Source of the DNA: Thermoanaerobaculia bacterium
GTDB taxonomy: Bacteria; Acidobacteriota; Thermoanaerobaculia; Multivoradales; Multivoraceae
Reading direction: 5' to 3'
DNA length: 64,000 nucleotides
Assembly: GCA_963664405.1 (NCBI GenBank)
Contig: OY761158.1
Span: 3,968,001-4,032,000 of the forward strand
Numbering within the stretch: the first letter of the stretch is position 1; each line of letters opens with the position of its first letter. The notes beneath the pieces were generated by a model. It made no database searches. It was not told the origin of the DNA and saw only the letters and a program-made list of their open reading frames with translations. Shown here in pieces: positions 21,692 to 31,313 of the stretch. The position numbers were made by a program, and so were the translations under genes.

Positions 21692-22881
21692 AGTGGGCCT
21701 GCGCGCTGTCGACCCAGCCGGACCTCGAAGCCGCCTTCACTGAAGCAACCGAGGTTCTCGAGCAAGAGCTCGGATCTCTCGACGTAGATCTGGTAGTCGC
21801 ATTCGTTTCCCCGCATCACGAGGGTGAGTGGCGGCGGCTGCCGGAGATGCTCGGTGGGCGGTTCACAAACTCCGTGCAGCTCGGGTGCACGGCGAATGGA
21901 GTCGTCGGTGGCGGACGCGAAGTCGAGGGCAGCCCGGCTCTCTCGGTAACAGCAGCGAGCTTGCCGGGAGTGGATGTTCTCCCCTTCATCGTCGAACCCG
22001 GCGACCCCCCTGACCAGCCGGAGCCCGGCACGGTCTTTGGCCGGCTAGTGGAGGACCTCGACGGCGGAATACCGCACTTCGTCCTCCTCCCGGACCCCTT
22101 CTCGTGCGCCGTGGAGCCTCTGCTGGGCCTCCTCGACCGGGCTTTTCCTAGCAGCGTCAAGATCGGCGGTCTTGCGAGCGGTGGCCGGAAGCCCAACGGC
22201 AACTTGCTTTGGTCGGGCGATGAAGTGACCACTGAGGGTGCCGTGGGCGTTGCGCTGCGGGGCGCTCTGCGCCTCGAGACCCTTGTCGCCCAGGGATGCA
22301 GGCCGATCGGTCAGCCGGTTTTCGTGACGAGCTGCCGGGACAACCTCATCTTCGAGCTCGACGGCAAGCGGCCTCTCGAAGTCTTACAGGAGCTCTATGA
22401 GACGGCAGAAGCTCGCGATCGTGAACTCTTCCGTCATTCTCTCTTTCTCGGGGTGGGCATGAGAGAGGGAGAAACGGAATACCAGGTAGGGGACTTCCTC
22501 GTTCGGAATCTCCTCAAGATCGACCAGACAAGCGGGGCCATCGCCGTAGCTGCTCAGGTCGAGCAAGGTACGGTCGTTCAGTTCCATCTGCGCGATGCGG
22601 CAACCTCGGCGGAGGATCTCGAGGCACATCTCGCAGACCTCTCCCGCGAGTCGGCGCCTGAGGGGGCCCTACTGTTCTCCTGCCTCGGGCGAGGCGAACA
22701 TCTCTACGGGCAGCCGGATCACGATAGTCGGGCCTTCGCGTCTCGGTGCGGCCACGTACCCCTTGGCGGTTTCTTCTGCAACGGGGAGATCGGGCCGGTT
22801 CAGGGGAGGACCTTCCTCCACGGCTACACCTCTTCCTTTGGGCTCTTTCGCACACCCCGCGGGTCCGTGAACTCGGGCTAG
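21688..22881 (+). CDS. FIST (NosP-like) signal-sensing domain protein
   Basis: [46 protein letters not shown]. Confidence 0.9.
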
Positions 22882-22926
22882 CTGGCGCGGTCTTCAGGCT
22901 CGAAGTGCATCCTACGCGGGTTAGTC

Positions 22927-23002
<76 letters not shown>

Positions 23003-23071
23003 ACGCGTCAAAGAGCGAGTCACTCTAGCCGCTGGTTTACGACAGTGTCAATGAATTCCGCCGAGGCCTGC

Positions 23072-23527
23072 TCAGTTCCCCTGGCGAATTAGGCTGCGCG
23101 CTTCATTGAGCTGGGTGTTGACCTGATCTAAGGTCCGCGCTGCGTTGAGTGGCGGCTCGCCGCCTCGCACCGCCGAACCGAAATCCCCGACGACTCCACT
23201 GAGGGTCGAGAGGGCATCTCCGGCAAGGCGACAGGAGTCGAGGGAGCAGGAGCACGCGTCTTGAGCTGCTGAGATCTGGTCGTATACACCGTTGGCGAAA
23301 CTGTCCCACGACCCTTCGTCGATGGGAGGGGTGGAGAAGGCGCGCATGCCGGAACCGAAGGTCTCACTTGCGCGATCGGCCGCCCCCACGCAGTCGTCCC
23401 CGGACTCTCCCATGTCGCTGAGATTGGACTCGGCTCGATCGCCGGTTGCAGTCAGCTTTGGCAGCAGTTGGGTGTATCCGAAGTAGAGGACGGCGGCTAG
23501 GACTGCGAACTTTATGATCGCTTGCAT
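23072..23527 (-). CDS. Hypothetical membrane-anchored protein
   Basis: N-terminal TM segment, Cys-containing helical body. Confidence 0.65.
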   Translation of the reverse strand: MQAIIKFAVLAAVLYFGYTQLLPKLTATGDRAESNLSDMGESGDDCVGAADRASETFGSGMRAFSTPPIDEGSWDSFANGVYDQISAAQDACSCSLDSCRLAGDALSTLSGVVGDFGSAVRGGEPPLNAARTLDQVNTQLNEARSLIRQGN

Positions 23528-23706
23528 TGGGGGTTCCTCCTCCGACGGTTTGCGCTTGGGCCCGGCCCGGTTAGCCCATTATGACGCCGCGCGCCGAGAA
23601 CACCCAATTGAACGCCTTCGTATGACGTCCTCCCCGCTCTGGCAAGCGGAGGCTCGGGGCGATAGAGTAGTCGAGCGGGTGGTTCGCTTCTGGGCTCGCG
23701 AGCAGG

Positions 23707-24162
23707 TTGGAGATGTCGCAAACAACGCGTACCGACTTCACCAGGTTGGCGTCCGCCGACGTGAGCTCTGAGAGCTCGACGTCGTCAGCGGGGGCCAATG
23801 TGGCCGTACCCCGGTGCTCAACGCTCGACGGGTTCGCCGAAGAGATCTCGCTCAGGGGCGGTGTGAACATCACCGGCCTCGAGCCGATCACTCCGTTGAT
23901 CGTCCGCACCGAGAACACGGTCTATCGCATCACGGTTCTCGAGCCTTACCGGTTCAGGATCTTGGTGCAGGGGGGAAGCTACTTTCCCGAGGCAACACCG
24001 GCCCATCTGCAGGGCTCGGGCTTCGGAGGGAGTCTCCTCAAGCAGGGCTGGATCGGCCAGGGCTTGCGCATGGAGATCTGCACTGACGACAATCGAATCA
24101 TCACTTCTCGAGTGCGGTCGATGGAGATCGAGGCCGACGCTTCGCTTCCAGGCCCTTTCTAG
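23707..24162 (+). CDS. Hypothetical protein
   Basis: Globular-looking ORF (VRTENTVYRI..GWIGQGLRMEI..IITSRVRSM). Confidence 0.65.
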   Translation: MEMSQTTRTDFTRLASADVSSESSTSSAGANVAVPRCSTLDGFAEEISLRGGVNITGLEPITPLIVRTENTVYRITVLEPYRFRILVQGGSYFPEATPAHLQGSGFGGSLLKQGWIGQGLRMEICTDDNRIITSRVRSMEIEADASLPGPF

Positions 24163-24245
24163 GCTCTGAGATTGAGAGGCGCGTGACCGCCTCTGCGCAA
24201 GTTTCGGTCGATTGGCGGGTTTCACCGCCTGAAGGGAGACACGTG

Positions 24246-26264
24246 ATGTCGATAGCAAGGACGGCTCAGCTCTGGACTCTGGTGCTCGTCTGCGCTGTCT
24301 CCATCGCTGCCCCGGGGTGGGGCGCCGAGGCCAAATTGCCCTGGGCAGCAGCGGGTTTGACCGAGCGTCAGGCCGCTGCCCACCTCTTGGATCGATTTGC
24401 TTATGGGCCCCGGCCCGGTGAGATCGATCGCGTTGTCGACAAGGGCCTCGAAACCTGGCTCGAGGAACAGCTGCAAGGAAGAGTTGACGACTCTGAATTC
24501 CTTGCCCGGGTCGCGATGCTCGACATCTGGAGCATGTCGAGTGAAGAGATACTGAAGACCTTCCCCTCTCCCCCCCGGGTCCGCCGCGAGGCCCAGCAGG
24601 CGGGGGTCCTGTCTGCCGACGCTCCGCCTCCAGGCCCGCCGCCGGAGGGGCAGTCCGCACCGTCCGCCGAGCGTCGCGAGCAGAGCCGCAAGCTGCAGGA
24701 GTTTTCTCGCGAGAAGGGCTATCGGAACCAGCGGGAGCTTCTCGGTCAGCTGATGGCTCACAAGCTCTTTCAGGCTGTCTATTCTCAGCGTCAGCTCGAG
24801 GCAGTGCTCACCGATTTCTGGTTCAACCACTTCAATGTTTCGATGACCGACAACCAGAGTCGCGTCCACTTGCTCGCCTATGAGCGCGATGCCATCCGCC
24901 CCGGCGTGCTGGGGAGCTTCCATGAGCTTCTGGTGGAGACGGCCGCCCATCCGGCCATGCTCACGTATCTCGATAACGCCCAGTCGACCGCGAAGGAAGG
25001 TGTGAGAACTACGGCCGAGATGAAGATGGCCGAGCTCGGTCAGCCGAGGGGGAACGGCCGTCGTGGCTTGGGATCGCGCCCCGGTGGGATGCAACGACCG
25101 CAGCAGAATAATAGGCCGCGGGGGCTCAACGAGAATTTTGCCCGCGAGCTCATGGAGCTTCACACCCTCGGAGTGGACGGCGGCTATACCCAGGAGGATG
25201 TGATCGAAGTGGCGCGTGCTTTCACCGGCTGGTCGGTTCTTCCTCAGGGACCGCAGGGCGCACGCGCGCGCCAGCAAATGGAGCGGATGCAGGCGATGGG
25301 AATGGTCGGTTTCACCATCCGCGACGCTTTCATCTTCCGAGCCGATGCTCACGACGCCGAGCCCAAGAAGGTGCTCGGTAGGAAACTGCCCGCTGGGCGT
25401 GGGATCGAAGATGGGCTCGAGGTGCTCGAGCTGCTTGCCAGCCGGCCTGAGACGGCCGGCCACCTGAGTCACAAGCTGGCCGTGCGCTTCGTCTCTGACG
25501 AGCCGCCGGCAACTCTCGAGAAGCGCCTGACCGAGGCCTATCTTTCCTCCGGTGGGAACATCAGTGTCGTTCTGCGGAGTCTTGCCTACGCGCCGGAATT
25601 CTGGGCGGACGACGCTCGACGCCAGAAGATCAAGTCTCCCTTCGAGGTGGCGGTCTCGGCTGTGCGGGCCCTCGGTGCCGAGGTGACCGACCCCGGCGAT
25701 CTGGTGGAGTGGGTGTCGAGAATGGGTGAGCCGCTCTACGCTTACCAGGCGCCAACCGGCTACCCGGACCGGGCCGACGCCTGGGTCAACACCGGCTCGC
25801 TGCTGACTCGCATGAACTTCGGCCTCAACCTGGCCACCGGACGAGTGCTCGGAGTGGAGCACGATCTCGCTGCCCTTAACCGGAACCGCGAACCGGCATC
25901 GCTCGAGGACGCGCTGGCTACCTATGCTGCTTTGCTGATGCCCGAGCGGGACCTGGAAGCGACCCTGGAGCGGTTGCAGCCGATGGTAAGCGACCCGGAG
26001 GCCCTGAACCGTCTCACCGAGGCGGCGCCGGATGAAGGCGCCGATACCCCCGCGCCGCGGCGGCGTTATGGACAGCTGCGCACGCCTCAGATGGAAGCCG
26101 ACAACGAGATGATGGCAGAGATGCGAGCCGGCGGGCCCGACGCCCAGCAAGCGCAGCGACGAATGCGCCGACGCATGCGGGAGATGTCCGCTCTGGAGCC
26201 TCCAAGCCCACTGGAGAACATCGTGGGTGTGATCTTGGGCTCTCCCGAGTTTCAGCGGCAATGA
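24246..26264 (+). CDS. DUF1800 domain protein
   Basis: HLLDRFAYGP, FWFNHFNV, PAMLTYLDN, NENFARELMELHTLG, SPEFQ. Confidence 0.93.
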   Translation: MSIARTAQLWTLVLVCAVSIAAPGWGAEAKLPWAAAGLTERQAAAHLLDRFAYGPRPGEIDRVVDKGLETWLEEQLQGRVDDSEFLARVAMLDIWSMSSEEILKTFPSPPRVRREAQQAGVLSADAPPPGPPPEGQSAPSAERREQSRKLQEFSREKGYRNQRELLGQLMAHKLFQAVYSQRQLEAVLTDFWFNHFNVSMTDNQSRVHLLAYERDAIRPGVLGSFHELLVETAAHPAMLTYLDNAQSTAKEGVRTTAEMKMAELGQPRGNGRRGLGSRPGGMQRPQQNNRPRGLNENFARELMELHTLGVDGGYTQEDVIEVARAFTGWSVLPQGPQGARARQQMERMQAMGMVGFTIRDAFIFRADAHDAEPKKVLGRKLPAGRGIEDGLEVLELLASRPETAGHLSHKLAVRFVSDEPPATLEKRLTEAYLSSGGNISVVLRSLAYAPEFWADDARRQKIKSPFEVAVSAVRALGAEVTDPGDLVEWVSRMGEPLYAYQAPTGYPDRADAWVNTGSLLTRMNFGLNLATGRVLGVEHDLAALNRNREPASLEDALATYAALLMPERDLEATLERLQPMVSDPEALNRLTEAAPDEGADTPAPRRRYGQLRTPQMEADNEMMAEMRAGGPDAQQAQRRMRRRMREMSALEPPSPLENIVGVILGSPEFQRQ

Positions 26265-26295
26265 CTTCTGCGGACGCGAAGGAAGGAGTGAGCTG

Positions 26296-27576
26296 ATGAT
26301 CGATCGACGTGCTTTTTTCAAGGCAGGTGGGCTGAGTCTGGTTGCTGTAGGAGCCGGCTCACTATCGGGTGGGCCTCTTTTTTTGGCCCGAACCGCTCTC
26401 GCTGCAGCCGGCCCCACCGGCCACCAGCGACGAAAGGTGTTGGTGTCGATCTTCCAGCGTGGCGCGATGGACGGTCTGATGGCGGTGCCTCCGCTCGAGG
26501 AGGAGAAGCTGCTCAAGAGGTACCGGCCCCAGCTCGCGATGGCTGGAGCCCGAAGCGGGGGAGAGAACCGGGTTCTCGACCTGGGCAACGGATTCGGCCT
26601 CCATCCGGCCCTTGGCGCTCTCGAGCCGCTTTGGAAGGACAGCCGGTTGGCGATCGCACATCAGGTGGGGTCGCCCGACGCGACTCGCTCGCACTTCGAT
26701 GCCCAGGACTACATGGAGACCGGAACGCCGGGGCGAAAAGGAACTCCCTCCGGTTGGCTCAATCGAGTGAGTGGCCTGCTGGGCCATGAGAGTACGCCCT
26801 TTCGCTCGGTGTCGATGACGTCGGCGCTGCCGCGCTCCCTGTATGGCCCCGAGCAGGCGCTTGCGATCTCGCGGCTCGAAGATTTCAAGTTGCGTTTGCC
26901 CGGCGCCGATCGGGTGGCCGCGGTGGCGGGCGAAGGCTTCGAGGCTCTCTACGAAGAGGCCTCACAGGAGCTCTTACGCGAGACAGGGGCCGACACCTTC
27001 GATGCGGTGAAAGTGCTTTCCGATCTCGATCTGCGCAACTATCGGCCGGCCGCTGGAGTGAGCTATCCCAGCAGCCCACTCGGCACCGCCCTCCGGCAGA
27101 TCGCTCTCTTGATCAAGTCGGATGTCGGTCTCGAGGTGGCCTTCACCGAGAGCGGAGGCTGGGACACTCACGTCCAGCAGGGGACCACGAACGGCAGCTT
27201 CAATCGTCGCGCCCGCGATCTGGCGGACTCGATCGCCGCTTTCTGGCGGGACCTGGGGCAGCACCAAGACGAGGTGGTGCTCACGACCATGACCGAGTTC
27301 GGTCGCACCGTAAAGCAGAACGGCTCCGGCGGCACCGATCACGGTCATGGGTCATGCCTCTTCGTGCTCGGCAACAAGGTGCGCGGCGGCGAGGTGCACG
27401 GCGGAATCGAGGGTTTAGACCAGGACCTTCTCTATGAGGGTCGAGATCTTCCGGTCAGCGTGGACTTCCGCTCTGTATTCTCGGAGCTTGCCGGTGCTCA
27501 CCTCGGTGTGCCGACGGGTCAGGAGCTCTTCCCAGGCTGGCAGGGGTCGTCGATCCCACTCTTTCAGCGCGCCTGA
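26296..27576 (+). CDS. DUF1501 domain protein, Tat-exported
   Basis: DRRAFFK, FQRGAMDGL, RSHFDAQ, GGWDTH, TEFGRT, GTDHG. Confidence 0.93.
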   Translation: MIDRRAFFKAGGLSLVAVGAGSLSGGPLFLARTALAAAGPTGHQRRKVLVSIFQRGAMDGLMAVPPLEEEKLLKRYRPQLAMAGARSGGENRVLDLGNGFGLHPALGALEPLWKDSRLAIAHQVGSPDATRSHFDAQDYMETGTPGRKGTPSGWLNRVSGLLGHESTPFRSVSMTSALPRSLYGPEQALAISRLEDFKLRLPGADRVAAVAGEGFEALYEEASQELLRETGADTFDAVKVLSDLDLRNYRPAAGVSYPSSPLGTALRQIALLIKSDVGLEVAFTESGGWDTHVQQGTTNGSFNRRARDLADSIAAFWRDLGQHQDEVVLTTMTEFGRTVKQNGSGGTDHGHGSCLFVLGNKVRGGEVHGGIEGLDQDLLYEGRDLPVSVDFRSVFSELAGAHLGVPTGQELFPGWQGSSIPLFQRA

Positions 27577-27612
27577 CGGCGAGCCACAAGGAGCGAGTCC
27601 TCGCGTCGAGTC

Positions 27613-27639
27613 TGAAACTTTCTTCGTCGAGATTCCGTT
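27613..27639 (+). promoter_or_regulatory. Possible ECF-sigma promoter TGAAAC-N17-CGTT
   Basis: Motif upstream of the two secreted hypothetical genes. Confidence 0.35.
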
Positions 27640-27683
27640 CTTGTGAGAGAGACGGAGTCATTCAACTTGATTGGAGAAAGCTG

Positions 27684-28271
27684 ATGCAAAGAGAGCCTAG
27701 ACAGAGCAGAGCTCTTGTCCCTATAGCGTTTGCGATTATCGCGTCGATTCTGATTGCCACACCGGGCCTGCTGGCGCAGGAGCGTTGGTTGCACGTACGA
27801 GTCAGCGAGGAGGGTACGGATGCTGTCGAAGTCAGCGTCAACCTTCCTCTCACCTTGATCGAGTCGGCGCTGGCGCTGATTCCGGCGGAGGTCGAGGAGG
27901 AGATCCGGATGGAGCTCAACGAAGTGGACTTCGATATGGAGGAGCTGCGAGCGTTCTGGCGAGAGGCTCGCAACACCGACGACGCGACCTTTGTGACGGT
28001 GGAGTCCGAGGAGGAGTCGATACGCGTGGCGAAGGAAGGAGACTTTCTCGTAGCCGAGACCACCGAGCTTCGCGAGGGTGGGGCTGAGGTCAGCGTCCGT
28101 TTCCCTTTCGAGATCCTCGACGCTCTTTTTGAGGGCGAGGAGAACAAGCTCGATCTAGCGGGGGCGGTGCGCGCCTTGGCCGAGCACGGCGATGGCGACA
28201 TCGTCACGGTCAAAGACGGAGAGACCCGAGTGCGCGTCTGGGTCGACGACGACAACGAGTCGGTTCGTTAG
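27684..28271 (+). CDS. Secreted hypothetical protein
   Basis: Signal peptide; WLHVRV..VSVNLPL..VRVWVD. Confidence 0.75.
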   Translation: MQREPRQSRALVPIAFAIIASILIATPGLLAQERWLHVRVSEEGTDAVEVSVNLPLTLIESALALIPAEVEEEIRMELNEVDFDMEELRAFWREARNTDDATFVTVESEEESIRVAKEGDFLVAETTELREGGAEVSVRFPFEILDALFEGEENKLDLAGAVRALAEHGDGDIVTVKDGETRVRVWVDDDNESVR

Positions 28272-28278
28272 GCTTGTC

Positions 28279-28731
28279 ATGATCAAGATCATCAGTCTCT
28301 TTTTCTTGATCAGCATCGCGATGTGCACCGCGACTGTGGTGGCCGGCACGGCCTACCTGGTGGTGGGTGGCATCGCGGTTTGCGAGGTTGAGACACCGGA
28401 GGTGTCTCTCACCATCCCGGTCCCTACTCAGCTCGCCGATGCCGGCCTCCTGCTCGCCCGCTTCAACCTGCCGCGGGACAGCGAGTGGAGCGAGATGCGC
28501 GATGAGATCGCGCCCTTCATGCCGGCGATTCGCTCAGCGCTGAACGCATTGGCCAGCGTGAAGGACGGCACCACTCTAGTCTCGGTGGAGACCGAGGATG
28601 AGACCGTCTTGATCGCGAAGCGTGGCGGCCGCTTCCACGTGGACGTCGATGCTCCGGACGCTACCGTCCACGTTTCCGTGCCTGCGCGCTCGATGAAGCG
28701 TATCGCCCGCGGGGTCCCGGAGCTTTTATAG
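28279..28731 (+). CDS. Hypothetical membrane or secreted protein
   Basis: N-terminal hydrophobic segment; co-oriented with the upstream gene. Confidence 0.65.
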   Translation: MIKIISLFFLISIAMCTATVVAGTAYLVVGGIAVCEVETPEVSLTIPVPTQLADAGLLLARFNLPRDSEWSEMRDEIAPFMPAIRSALNALASVKDGTTLVSVETEDETVLIAKRGGRFHVDVDAPDATVHVSVPARSMKRIARGVPELL

Positions 28732-28756
28732 CCTCCAAGGCGGTACAATCTCGCGC

Positions 28757-28856
28757 GGAAGCGCTCGGGGGCTGGTGCCTCCCGCGGTCTTCAAAACCGT
28801 AGTTCGGCTCTGGTTTCAGGGTCGAGGGTGGGTTCGATTCCCATGCGCTTCCGCCA
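28757..28856 (+). tRNA. selC: tRNA-Sec(TCA)
   Basis: GGAAGCGC..CTTCAAA anticodon loop, long variable arm, GGTTCGATTCC, GCGCTTCCGCCA end, 100 nt; TACAAT at 28744-28749. Confidence 0.95.
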
Positions 28857-29072
28857 TTTTGCGGGCGCATAGCGTGCAATGGCGTAAGCGAATGGGAAGT
28901 CGGAACTCGCGCCCCCTGGCGGGGCCGCTCGGAACGATTCCCATGCGCTCGTGCGGTGAGCGCTTTGCGCCCACCTGGAGGAGGTTTGGAGTGGGCCGAC
29001 AATCGGCTGGCACCAGCTCGGCTGGGAGCCGCGGGGTCGCGGTCGCTGTGATTGGAGTAGGGTACGCGAACC

Positions 29073-29954
29073 ATGCCCACGTTCGAGGCTCTTGGCGGCT
29101 TGCGGTACGCGGCCGCGTACCCGTATGAGTTCGCCAAGCATCTCCGGGCCAGAACCGGCCCCATCCGCATCGCTCAACGGGCCCTCGCCAGAGTCGATTC
29201 TCCCGTCACCGAGAACGACAGAGCCCTGCTGGCTCTGCGGGGGATTCATCGCGGTCGGAGGTGTTTTGTCGTCGGCAACGGGCCGAGTTTGCGCCTCACA
29301 GATCTGACGGCGATCTGCGACGACATCACCATCGCCTCGAACCGAATCTTCCTCGCTCTCGGTGATGTGTCATGGAGGCCCACCTATTACACCGTTACAG
29401 ATCCGCTTTACTCAGAGCTCGACCGCGACCGCATTGCCAGGCTCGATCTCGTCAAGATCTTTCCCGACTATATGCGTCGTATTCTCGGGCGTGGTACACC
29501 GCAAGGCGCGCAGGGTTCGACTCTTTTCTATCGCCCGCTTCGCTCGCGGTTCACGCCCTCCGGCGAGTATCTCGGTCGCTTTTCAGCGGACGCACTCAAG
29601 GGCTTCCATCCTGGGCGGTCGGTGACCGTCCTGAACATCCAGCTTGCTCACTATCTCGGTTGCAATCCGATCTATCTGATCGGCGTCGACGGACACTACA
29701 GGCTCTCCGGCGAGGTTGAGCACCGCGCGCCCTACGGGAAGATCCTCGTGAGCCGCGGCGAGCTCAACCACTTTCATGAGGACTACCGCGCCCCCGGCGA
29801 GCCCTATCAGGTTCCCGAACCGGAGCTCGTCGAGGCCGGCCTCAGAGCCTGCCGCGAGTATCTCGAGGCCGAGGCTGTCGACCTCCGCAATGCATCGCGC
29901 TCGACCCGGGTTCAGGCTCTGGAGTGTGTGAGTCTCGACGAGTTGATCGGATGA
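29073..29954 (+). CDS. DUF115/Maf-type (MptE-like) putative glycosyltransferase
   Basis: HRGRRCFVVGNGPSL, ASNRI, LAHYLGCNPIYLIGVD, NHF. Confidence 0.8.
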   Translation: MPTFEALGGLRYAAAYPYEFAKHLRARTGPIRIAQRALARVDSPVTENDRALLALRGIHRGRRCFVVGNGPSLRLTDLTAICDDITIASNRIFLALGDVSWRPTYYTVTDPLYSELDRDRIARLDLVKIFPDYMRRILGRGTPQGAQGSTLFYRPLRSRFTPSGEYLGRFSADALKGFHPGRSVTVLNIQLAHYLGCNPIYLIGVDGHYRLSGEVEHRAPYGKILVSRGELNHFHEDYRAPGEPYQVPEPELVEAGLRACREYLEAEAVDLRNASRSTRVQALECVSLDELIG

Positions 29955-30775
29955 CGGCGGCGGAACCAATCATGTTTCCCAAGATCCTGCATCAGACCTG
30001 GAAGACGGTGGATCTATCGGGCGTCCCTGAGTTCGAGATGTGCTCGGAATCGTGGAGGAGGCATCACCCCGACTATGAGTACCGGCTCTGGGACGACACA
30101 GCCAATCGGGAGTTCGTCGGTGAGAGGTTCGAGTGGTATCTCGAGACCTGGCTGTCGTTCGACAAGAACATCAAGCGGCTGGACTCCATCCGCTACATGT
30201 GGATGCATCAATACGGAGGCATCTACGCGGATCTGGACATGGAATGCTTGCAAAACCTTAAGCCGCTGATCGACGAGCACCGGGATCGCGAGATCCTGCT
30301 CTTCTGCGACTTCGATCGTGATGGCACCTGCCTGTCGGTGAACCCCGCACTGATCGTCTCCAAACCGGGCTCAAAGTTCTGGCGCAACATCCTCGAGTAC
30401 GCGGGCGAGCACAGCGACCGGTTCGTGACTCACTGTACTGGTCCCGGCGCCCTTGGAGTCGTTGCGCGTCAGCACAGGGAGGAGTTCGACATCGCTTTTC
30501 TCGACCAGAACGAGCTCATTGTCCGCAAGTCGAAGAAGGATGTCTATCGACGGATCCCAGGCAACGAGAACGACTGGGAGACCTATCGGGATGTGTACTG
30601 CACCACCGAGAAGCCGGCCAAGTACTACGAGGACAAGAAGCGGAAGTACGTGGCCGATTGGCACGGGACCCCCGCGCAGTACCGGTGGCGCAACGAATAC
30701 GGCAAATGGGGCGCGAGAATCCAACGGGCCTGGAAGGGAGCGCCGTCGGCCCGCAAGTGGCAGTTCTGGCGGTGA
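29951..30775 (+). CDS. GT32 (OCH1-like) DxD glycosyltransferase
   Basis: PKILHQTWK, YEYRLWDD, DSIRY..GGIYADLD, TGPG. Confidence 0.88.
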   Translation: MTAAEPIMFPKILHQTWKTVDLSGVPEFEMCSESWRRHHPDYEYRLWDDTANREFVGERFEWYLETWLSFDKNIKRLDSIRYMWMHQYGGIYADLDMECLQNLKPLIDEHRDREILLFCDFDRDGTCLSVNPALIVSKPGSKFWRNILEYAGEHSDRFVTHCTGPGALGVVARQHREEFDIAFLDQNELIVRKSKKDVYRRIPGNENDWETYRDVYCTTEKPAKYYEDKKRKYVADWHGTPAQYRWRNEYGKWGARIQRAWKGAPSARKWQFWR

Positions 30776-30781
30776 GACTCG

Positions 30782-31122
30782 ATGGTCGGGATCGGGCACC
30801 TGCGCGAGCGACATCGCGGCCGAAGCGTCGCGATTCTGGGGTCGTCTCGCTCGTCAGGGGGGCGACGATCTCCGGTGTGGCTGCCCAGCTGGCCCTTGTC
30901 ATGGGCGCGGCCGAGATCCATCTCTATGGATGCTCCTTCGGCACGCTCCCGGGGGATTCCCACTACGCCTACGACAACCGCCAGGAACCCGGCGGGATCG
31001 ACGCGAACCAGGTCCGGCGGATGGACTACGTCCTGTCGGAGATCGGCAGTTGGGGTGTTCGCATCTACAGCCACGGCTGGACCACGTTGAAGTATCCAGG
31101 TGCGTGGCGCGCCGACGCGTAG
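30782..31122 (+). pseudogene. DUF115-like gene with an internal deletion
   Basis: LRERHRGRSVAILGS joins out of frame to GATISGVAAQLALVMGAAEIHLYGCSF. Confidence 0.65.
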
Positions 31123-31141
31123 CCGGGTCCAGAGCGGATGC

Positions 31142-31183
31142 CAGGAGCGTGCCTACACCTCGCCGATCTGGTACATGCCGTAG
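31142..31183 (+). pseudogene. Extreme C-terminal remnant resembling DUF3604 proteins
   Basis: Hand translation QERAYTSPIWYMP*. Confidence 0.5.
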
Positions 31184-31313
31184 AGCTGCGGCGGGGTCGA
31201 GGAGGCTGCGGCGCGCAGCTCGGGAGCTAGCACCCAGACTGACTTCGCAGGTGTGTCGAGTGGCCATCGGAGGCCGCTCCCGATGAGACTCGGTGCCCCA
31301 GGGCTGGGTGCAC

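Noticed and set aside
24222-26588. Long antisense ORFs (also 6954-8669, 10153-11802, 2239-3351)
   Set aside because: Shadow frames of real genes, expected in high-GC DNA
24246-27576. DUF1800-DUF1501 pair as a novel system
   Set aside because: A widely distributed, already catalogued gene pair with nothing unusual here
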